Shown: positions 54,683 through 64,000 of the stretch, in pieces
Layout: every line of letters begins with the position of its first letter
How positions within the stretch are numbered: the stretch's first letter is position 1
From: Eledone cirrhosa
Lineage: Eukaryota
Direction: 5' to 3'
NCBI GenBank assembly: GCA_964016885.1
Contig: OZ024740.1
Span: 205,964,001 to 206,028,000, forward strand
DNA length: 64,000 bases
Program-made: the position numbers and the translations under genes
Notes under the pieces: model-generated
The model's input: the letters and a program-made list of their open reading frames with translations, nothing else
Database searches by the model: none
What the model was told of the DNA's origin: nothing

Positions 54683-56115
54683 TAAACATTTTAAAATAAA
54701 CAGTTTCACATTATAAAATCAAGGGTGTTTTTCAGGCAGTTTGGTATCAAAGGTGTTAATTGATTTAAAAAATCCATTGAAGTATTAAAAATAGCTTCTC
54801 CCAACAAATGATAATGTTTGGAGGTAAAATGGTACTTTAAATTATTTTACACTGTATTTTCATTTGCAATCCACAGACAAAACCCTTGGGGACTAGGATT
54901 TCTTTCATTAAATTCTTTTACTGGTGGACACAGCATTGTCAAATAGTTAAGTTTGCTTCACAATCATTAGGTCCCAGGTTTGATCCCATTGTAACATCTT
55001 GTGCAAGTGCCATTTACCATAGCCTCAGGTTGACCCATGCTTTGTGAGTGAAATTACAGTAACCCTTTAGTTACCAACCTAGCCAAAACTGGCTCTGGTT
55101 CTATGAAATAATGTCAACCATTTTAAAGGTTTCCTATTTATATTAAAATCTTCCAACATAATTTTATATTAGAACTTTACATTAAGTTACTATCTTAGTA
55201 ATGAAATAATTAATAATTTAAATAACTCCTTCATAATTCTTCATTAAGTAATTAAAATAGAATGTGTTTCATTAGAAATGCAGCCATGAAAGGGTTAAAG
55301 GTACACGTGTCAATGAACTGCTCAAACACCTGCTCATAAATTTCATGAGCAGACTCTAGCCATGCGGGGGCACTAACTTGAAAATATTCTTCTGCCGATT
55401 ATATCGACACTAGTACTTTTTTTTTTTCAAGTCTGGTACTTATTTTATCACTCTTTTTGTTGAACCACTAAGTTACAAGACATAAATAAAGACACACATG
55501 ATAGGCTTTTATACAGTTTTTGTCTACTCACAAGCGTTGATGACCTCAGGTTATAATAGAAAGAACACACATGCTGAAGGTGCTATGTAGTGGGGTTGAA
55601 CTCCAAACCATATGGTTGCAAAATAAACTTTCTAACCATATAGCTATGTCTGGGCTTAGTATAAGCAAAACAGAAAAAAAGTTCCTTTTTCTTCAACAAC
55701 CTCTCTAGCGTTCATGAAACAATACAAATTAACCAGTACACTCTGTAATGTGATTGGTAATAGGAAGGGCATCCAGCCATAGAAAACTTGCCAGACAAAG
55801 ATTTAGGAGGACCCTTCAGATGTGTCAAAGACCTCACAAACTTTCCTAGTGCTGGTGCCAAAAAATGTGCTCAGGTCAGTGTGTAGAGAGAGCAGAAGAG
55901 AGGGATAGAGAGAGTAAGGAAACTTATGTTAGAAGCATCCCTACCCTGCTTGTTTGATAAGTTAATAGCTCTGATTAAATTCTAATTTTGTCTGTGACAA
56001 CCTGTTCAACTTTTGCTAGCTGGGAGAACAGATGTTAAATAATGATGATGATGATTCAGTATAACACATAACTCATTGATTTTAATATAACTTAGAATTC
56101 TTTTGTTTGTTTCAG

Positions 56116-56183
56116 TTATATTTAACAAAGAATTTTGGAGATTCTTGGACCCTTGTGCAAGAAAATGTGAAAGCCTTCTTTTG
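56116..56183 (+). CDS. SORL1: SORL1 coding exon, 68 nt, phase 0-2
   Basis: tttgtttcAG|LYLTKNFGDSWTLVQENVKAFF(W)|GTAACT; resembles human [23 protein letters not shown]. Too short for the ORF track. Confidence 0.9.
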
Positions 56184-57935
56184 GTAACTGCTTTTAGTCT
56201 TTTATATTCTAATATATTTATTTACTTACTTCGTTAGTTTTGTTAGATAGGTCTGCAATCTATATGAACTGTCAATCCTTCAGCTGGTACACCAGATGAT
56301 TATTTATTACAAGTACTTGTTTTTTTTATTTTCAGCTAGGTTGAACATAAGCAAGTTAATGCATCAATAATTTATTAACTCTTCATGCCCTGTATCACAT
56401 GAAAAAACATTTAAAAGACATTCTTATAAAGTCCAAAACAGCATTATGATTGCATCACAATTAAAATTAAAGTCTAATACTGTAAATATTCACCACAATC
56501 TGTTCCTCTATAAACATTTGAATTAACAAAACCCCTTTTTAGATATTCTGTGCTAAATCATTACAGGAATTACAGACATTTAAGAATTAATAAACAAGAA
56601 TCAGAGATTGTCCAGCTGAAGGATTGACTGTTCATGTCCCATCACAAGTTAATCCTCACTGGGCCTTTCTATTTACGTATAGCTATGGAAACTCTGTGCA
56701 GCTGTGTCACATATTATGTGAAGCTGATTTGGCTTGGGAATTACATTAAGGGTACATATGTGATATGCTCAGCTACTTACATGTTAATTCACGAGTTGGA
56801 TATTCAGTTGATTGAACAACTGAATAAAAAACAAAAATGAAAATGAAATTTACATCTCACACTTAGACAGGTTTAGCTGGCCTCCCATGAGGTTGTATCT
56901 CATAGGAGATTTCTCTAGTGTTTTTATGATAGGGGCTCCAGTCCTATCATGTTGTTACCATAGCTCATATATATGTAGGTTTAGTTGCATTCTTAGGAGG
57001 TTTCTTTGGTATTTTTATGATAGGAGCTCCAGTTCTAGCATGAAAAGCAATGGAAAATGAAGCATGTTGCTCAAGAATACAAGCTGCCATCCAGTTCAGG
57101 AACTGATCTCATGGCTGTGAATCCAACATACTAATCTCTAGGTCACATTATCATTGAAACCAGCCAAAGATCCATTATCTTCAGTCTATAACACAGACAT
57201 TTGACAAGACATAGATACATTGTTCACTTCTCATCCATTGATCTCTTATGTGTCTTATGGCTTTTTGGTACTTATTTAGGTACTTATGGCCAAATGGTTA
57301 AGAAGTTCACTCACAATTATTAGGACTCAGGTTTGATCTCATTACACAGTGGCATCTTAAGCAAGTGTCATTTACCACTTCAGGTCAACCCATGTCTTAT
57401 GGTTGAAACAGGTAGATTGAAACTATTTGGAATCCTGTCGGATAAACTATTCAAAGGGTGGCCTTGTTATACAGTATATCATGCTGAATTTCCTTAAAAA
57501 TTACAATTGCCCTAGGCCCCTTGCAATGGGGCGCCCCACCAGTGATGGCTGTAGCAATTTATTTGTGCCATCTGCTGGACTTTTTAGTTTTATGACATTA
57601 GATTTTTTAAATTTAATACCTGTATGTTTAATTTTTCAATTCCAATTACTTGCGTCAAGCTAATTTTGATATGTAAAATTGAGGGTGTTTTGTGTATGAC
57701 CCCCCCCCCCCCCCCCCATGGTGTAAATCCAACTCTGCATATGTCTGTGAAATGCTCAGTCACTTACACATTAATTTCATGAACCTGTTGAAATTGACAG
57801 AGGTCCATTCAAACTGTTATTTATGTCTTATATCATATTATGTTGAAAATCGTAGCAGTTAATTCAGTCATAATTTAATATTTAAATTAACAAACCTATT
57901 AAGTAATACAATTTCTTTTATGTTTTTAATTTTAG

Positions 57936-58110
57936 GGGTCAACAGAAATATGATAACCCTAACAATATTTATGTGGAAAGAATTGAACCTAATGGCCACA
58001 GTACTGTTGTTCTTTCAACAAACTTCTTTTTGGGAAGTCAACAAGCCCTTATATCTGGTGTTGAAGATTTTGAGATAAAGGACAACTACATGTTTGCAAC
58101 AAAGAAAATT
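57936..58110 (+). CDS. SORL1: SORL1 coding exon, 175 nt, phase 2-0
   Basis: ttttAG|(W)GQQKYDNPNNIYVERIEPNGHSTVVLSTNFF...VEDFEIKDNYMFATKKI|GTTAGT; resembles human [24 protein letters not shown]...DKYMFATK. Confidence 0.92.
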
Positions 58111-59619
58111 GTTAGTAACTTCTGTTTCCTAAAACTGATTTGAGAAGGTTTTTTTTTGTCTGTTTAAACTATTAAAATTGTGGATTTCAGAATTTTGAAC
58201 AGTGTTAACCCTTTAGCATTTACATTCCTCTATAATTACTATTGTATTTTCACAGTAAACACTTTATTTCACATAATATCAAATCTATGAGATTTTGACA
58301 TTATTTATTTTGAGAACTATACCTTAACATATGTATGGTTAAAGCTGGTTTGAACAGAAAGAGGTGAGAGAATTCTGACCGGATACGGCTGATTTAAATG
58401 CTAGTTAATCCATCCATGTGCTGGCTACCTTAGCACTGGATTAGAGCCTATTTGTTCTAGATGTCTATCTTGTCAGTTCATTTTGGTAGACCACCATAAA
58501 GTTCTGTATTGGCAGTATGGCTCTTCGAAGTGATATTTATCCTTTCATTACCATATTGCTAATGAGAAATCTGCTTATGATTTTCAAATAATTTCGAAAA
58601 TAATCAAGAATTTTGAGAGATTTAGTAAAATAGCTTGCTTTCTCATTTTTAATCTGGTATTTGAACTATAGCATAACAAACTTTTCTTACGTAAAATTAT
58701 GGTAAAAGGTTGAAATTTAAACATGAAAATTTTAAAACAAACGACTTTGGAATTGTTGTAGGTGGTTTGGTATTATAAGAGTTAAGACCTCTTCCTAATA
58801 CGTCAATACATAAGAGGCAAATATGTAGCATGTATGTGAAAAAGTATAAAATATCTGGAAGTTACTCCTGAGGAAGAGAATTATTAAGATCGGACTATTT
58901 TTAGCAACAGTTGAACCTATCTTGTTATATGGTTGCAAGACATGAAAACAGACAGCTATGTTGGAATGTATTTTCTCATGTTAGGTCTACTTGATCAAAG
59001 TTAAGCAACAACAGCAAATCTATAGATAGATAAACTTAATTCCTGATGACTTCAAATTTAAGTAGTGTTTACTTTGAATAAGGAAATATATCAAAATCTA
59101 ATTTTTAAGTAGCATTAATGTATTGAATGGATTACATCAGTTGCCTCAAGTGTTCATGTTTACTGATAGGAAATAACACTGCACTAAAGAACCACTTGAC
59201 ATATCACATGAGATAACAGAATGTGGAGGTTTGAAACATACACTTTCTTACACTCCTTTACTTTTCCTCTTCTTTTTTTTCCTGCTGTCTTTCCTTTTCT
59301 CTCACCTCTTTCATTTTGTCTCTAAGTCTCTTTCTTTTTTTCTCACTTATTTGTTATTATCTTACTCTAGCTGCACTTTATATATATTATTTTATCACCA
59401 TTTCTCTGATGCCATAGTGTCCAACCCATACAAGTATGGAAAAGTGGCAGTAAAAATAATGATGATGATCTCTCTTTCTTTCATTGTTAATCTATCTGAG
59501 TTTCTACTAGTCTCTCTCTCCCTCTCTCTCATGGTTAATCTTTCTCAGACTCTACTAGTCTCTCTCTCTCCCTCTCTCTCTCAGTTTCTACTATTACCCC
59601 TCTTCTCTCAACCATCAAT

Positions 59620-61480
59620 AAACATGCGGAGTTAAAGATTTTGGCCAAGGTGTTGGCAACGAGGTTGGCGCTTGTTGAGAACCTGGTAGGGAAAGTGCAA
59701 ACGTGTGCAATCCTGACCAGGTCCATACACGACAACCTCCACCTCATGCGATACATCATAGAGAGGGTGGGGTGTAAACCTGGCTTCGGTGGCGCTCTGA
59801 TCAATTTAGATCAGTCTAAGGTGTTTGATAGGGTCGACCATCGATACTTGGAAGCGGTTCTCAAGGCGGCCGACGACATGACAGTAATAGTGTCAGAAAT
59901 CGGGGCGATTGGCAACTTACTGCAGGAATATGAAAGGCTCACAGGAGCAAAACTGAACCCGGACAAGTCTGTCGGTTTGCAACTCGGAACGTGGAGAGGC
60001 AAACCAATGCTGTCCGACAGCGTCGTCAAACGCTGGACAGACGGACTGGTGAAATTGTTTGGTGTCTGGTTTGGTCCTGACCTCCAGGTGGAGAAAAACT
60101 GGAACGAGGTCACGGCCAAGGTATTTGCGCTCACCCAGTAGTGGGCAGAGTGCAAACTATCCTTGAAAGGTCGAGCGGAGGTGGCGAGCACTTTCATATC
60201 GTCCGTCATCTACTACCGCTTGACCGCTGTGCCTTGTCCCCGTGAACACCTCACCAAGATGGGATGCATGCTCTTCCAGTTCCTTTGGAAGAAGCAGGCT
60301 CCACTGGTGAGGAGATCCGTCTGCTGTCAGCACCCTTCCAACGGAGGGCTGGGAATGCCGTGGCTAATGATGCCAAACATGTGCTGAGACTACGGCATCT
60401 ACAGATATTCCTTACTGACCCCACCCAACTGGTGTGGGCACCGTTTGTGAGACAGGCCTTCCCGCAACATGTCTCGCTGACGGAGCTGCAGTCCTGGGTC
60501 AAGCGGAGACCGAAGAAGATGGGTGCCTGGCACATTGAATGTGCTCAGGCGCTCACAGTCCTCTGTCAAGCGGGCACAGTATTCAGTGGAGACTCCACTT
60601 CGACATTCTATAGAGGGTTAGTACGTCACAAGGGCGACGACGTGCTTGGAGAGACTCTAGGCGTCGAAGACGACGAACTCACCAGTCTGTTTGGTAGGAC
60701 TTTCCGCCCGGGACCTATGGACAACTTCCAGAGGTCCCTGGCCTGGCAGTGCTACCGAGGAGCTCTACCAGTTCATGACAAGATCTACAGACATGGACGC
60801 CCTGGCAGGGATCCTTCCAAGAGGACGTGTCCAAGATGCGAGCAGGACATTGAAACTGTCTTGCATGCAATTGTACACTGCCCAGGCGTAACCGACCTGT
60901 GGAACTACGCAGAACAACTGCTGTCGTATATGGGACAAATCCAGTTGACTGCTGAGTCCATAGTAAGGATCAAACTGCCAACTTTCTTTCAAAAACGAAA
61001 GAGAGGTGGTTTTCCTGTGTATAGTGGCTATGGTGAAAGAGGTTATATGGTGGACGAGATTGAGAGGACTGAGGACAGATGCCTTTCTCTCCGGACAACA
61101 ACTCATTCCCTTATTTAGGTACCACTTTAGAAGGAGAATCAGAGTGGAGAGAGAGGCACTGCACCCCAATAAATTTACTGAAAGGTGGGTGAATGTGGCA
61201 AAAATGGCCCGAGTAATTGGGCCTTCGCAGTATATAAACCTATAGGTTGAAGAAGAGAGCAAAAGGAAGAAAGGGGCACTTGCAAAACATGCTACTGAAG
61301 TTGAGGGTTGTTCTATCGACGGGGTATTAAATAACCCATTTGAGGCGCCTCTCCCCCTATTGGGGATTTCGATTGTTTAATTTGTTTGTTTCAATATTTT
61401 TACACGATTGTATGTAAAATCCCCAGCATGTGTCCTTGTTTTGTCCCTTTTCTTGTGCGCCCTTGTGGCTAATAAGAAAT
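59620..61480 (+). mobile_element. Tx1/L1-group LINE, 5'-truncated, with an internal RT deletion
   Basis: ELKILAKVLA, LDQSKVFDRVDH joined directly to ADDMTV, GGLGMP, C-terminal CPRC..ETVLHAIVHC, AT-rich 3' UTR. Confidence 0.88.
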
Positions 61481-61564
61481 ATATCTTTCCCTTTTACTTA
61501 CATTTTCTCACCATCTGCAACATAAGGTTCACTGCTAATGTTAGAATGATGCAATGTTAAATAT

Positions 61565-63670
61565 ATTATTGGGGTTGCTTCAGCATAACAGTAGGGTTTA
61601 CATACATTATTGGGGTTACTTAAGTGTAACATTAGGGTTTACATACATTACAGGGGTTACTTCAGTGTAACAGTAGGGTTTACATACATTATTGGGGTTA
61701 CTTCAGTGTAACAGTAGGGTTTACATACATTATTGGGGTTACTTCAGTGTAACAGTAGGGTTTACATACATTATTGGGGTTGCTTCAGCGTAACAGTAGG
61801 GTTTACATACATTATTGGGGTTACTTCAGTGTAATAGTAGGGTTTACATACATTATTAGGGTTACTTCAGTGTAACAGTAGGGTTTACATACATTATTGG
61901 GGTTACTTCACTACAATATCAGGGTTTACATACATTATTTTGGTTACTTCAGTGTAACAGTAGGGTTTACATACATTATTGGGGTCACTTCACTGTAATA
62001 GCAGGGTTTACATACATTATTGGGGTTGCTTCAGTGTGATAGTAAGGTTTACATACATTATTGGGGTCACTTCAGTGTAACAGTAGGGTTTACATACATT
62101 ATTGGGGTCACTTCACTGTAATAGCAGGGTTTACATACATTATTGGGGTTGCTTCAGTGTGATAGTAAGGTTTACATACATTATTGGGGTTACTTCAGTG
62201 TAACAGTAGGGTTTACATACATTATTGGGGTTACTTCAGTGTAACAGTAGGGTTTACATACATTATTGGGGTTGCTTCAGCGTAACAGTAGGGTTTACAT
62301 ACATTATTGGGGTTACTTCAGTGTAATAGTAGGGTTTACATACATTATTAGGGTTACTTCAGTGTAACAGTAGGGTTTACATACATTATTGGGGTTACTT
62401 CAGTGTAACAGTAGGGTTTACATACATTGTGGATTGGCAGTATCGGTAGAGGGTCGGACGCCATGCTTTCCAGCATAGTTACGTCCCTTTACGATCTGAG
62501 TTCAAATCCTGCCGAGGTTGACTTTGCCTTTCATCCTTACGGGGTCAATAAAATAAAGTACCAGTAATGTACTGGGATAATCGCTGGCCTTGTGCCAAAA
62601 GTAGAAACAATTATTTGGGTTACTTCACTGTAATAGCAGGGTTTACATACATTATTGGGGTTACTTCACTATAATAACAGGATTTACATATATTATTAGG
62701 GTTACTTCACTACAATATCAGGGTTTCCATACATTATTTGGGTTGCTTCACTGTAATAGCAGGGTTTACATACATTATTTGGGTTACTTCACTGTAATAT
62801 CAGGGTTTACATACATTATTGGGGTTGCTTCAGTGTGATAGTAAGGTTTACATACATTATTGGGGTTACTTCAGTGTAACAGTAGGGTTTACATACATTA
62901 TTGGGGTTACTTCAGTGTGATAGTAGGGTTTACATACATTATTGGGGTTACTTCACTGTAATAGCAGGGTTTACATACATTATTGGGGTTACTTCAGTGT
63001 GATAGTAAGGTTTACATACATTATTGGGGTTACTTCAGTGTAACAGTAGGGTTTACATACATTATTGGGGTTACTTCAGTGTAACAGTAGGGTTTACATA
63101 CATTATTTGGGTTACTTCACTACAATATCAGGGGGTACATACATTATTGGGGTTGCTTCAGTGTGATAGTAAGGTTTACATACATTATTGGGGTTACTTC
63201 AGTGTAACAGTAGGGATTACATATATTATTGGGGTTACTTCAGTGTAACAGTAGGGTTTACATACATTATTGGGGTTACTTCACTGTAATAGCAGGGTTT
63301 ACATACTTTATTGGGGCTTCTTCTGTGTAACAGTAGGGTTTACATTCATTATTGGGGGTACTTCACTACAATAGCAGGGTTTACATACATTATGGGGGTT
63401 ACTTCAGTGTAACAGTAGGGTTTATATACATTATTGGGGTTACTTCACTATAATAGCAGGTTTACATACTTTATTGGGGCTACTTCAGTGTAACAGTAGG
63501 GTTTACATTCATTATTGGGGTTACTTCACTACAATAGCAGGGTTTACATACATTATTGGGGTCACTTCACTGTAACAGTAGGGTTTACATACATTATTGG
63601 GGTTACTTCACTACAATATCAGGGTTTACATACATTATTGGGGTTACTTCAGTGTAATAGTAGGGCTTAC
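61565..63670. repeat. 41-bp minisatellite, roughly 46-47 copies, interrupted by a SINE
   Basis: Unit TACATACATTATTGGGGTTACTTCAGTGTAACAGTAGGGTT; period 41 at 61681/61722. Confidence 0.97.
62428..62615 (+). mobile_element. Nin/Deu-domain-like tRNA SINE inserted in the minisatellite
   Basis: Colinear with 35625-35812; the array resumes immediately after it. Confidence 0.85.
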
Positions 63671-64000
63671 ACACATATATCACTGCATGTCATAAGAGGC
63701 AACTAAAAGTGTTAATGTTGAGAATGACACCCACTGAACAATGTGGTGTGTGTATTTTATTGTGGCACTAGCATGTTTGCAACAAGACTCCAGACTCCTC
63801 TCTTCTCTACATCAATAGAGAAAAGATTTCATGGGAATTTTGAAGAATTGAAAAAGCTCTAGAATGGAATGAGGAAGAAACAAAAACTAAGTAATTACAA
63901 CAGCCATTGTAATCGACATAGATATTATATACAGGACTCTCTGTAAGGCTGGATCTTATAACATATTTATTGGTGTCAAATAACCAAGAGTACAAGTCTT

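Noticed and set aside
61565-63670. CRISPR-like periodicity (also 43453-43730, 31300-31650, 26654-26818)
   Set aside because: Head-to-tail repeats without unique spacers, no cas genes, eukaryotic context.

Overview
Repeat-dense, AT-rich eukaryotic DNA. The SINE, RTE and MITE families look like those of an octopod cephalopod (inference). The only host gene found is SORL1 (sortilin-related receptor, VPS10P domain): four + strand coding exons at 49525-49758, 51048-51209, 56116-56183 and 57936-58110, with canonical AG/GT ends and compatible phases. Its exon 1 was not found. The first 18.5 kb is a nested cluster of RTE LINEs, a ~4 kb (TA)n tract, two Penelope-like elements (PLEs), a maT/mariner relic and three fold-back palindromes. 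The main find is a set of minimal type I hammerhead ribozyme (HHR) motifs: four in a 428-bp tandem and inverted array at 16745-18060 that looks like a retrozyme, one in each PLE 3' region, and one orphan. The RTE ORF also carries a C4HC3 PHD-like finger inside the RT region, and several RTE copies sit in (TA)n. The rest is SINEs, piggyBac-type MITEs, Helitrons, hAT-Buster relics, CRE and Tx1 LINE fragments and minisatellites. All calls were read by eye; repeat boundaries are approximate.
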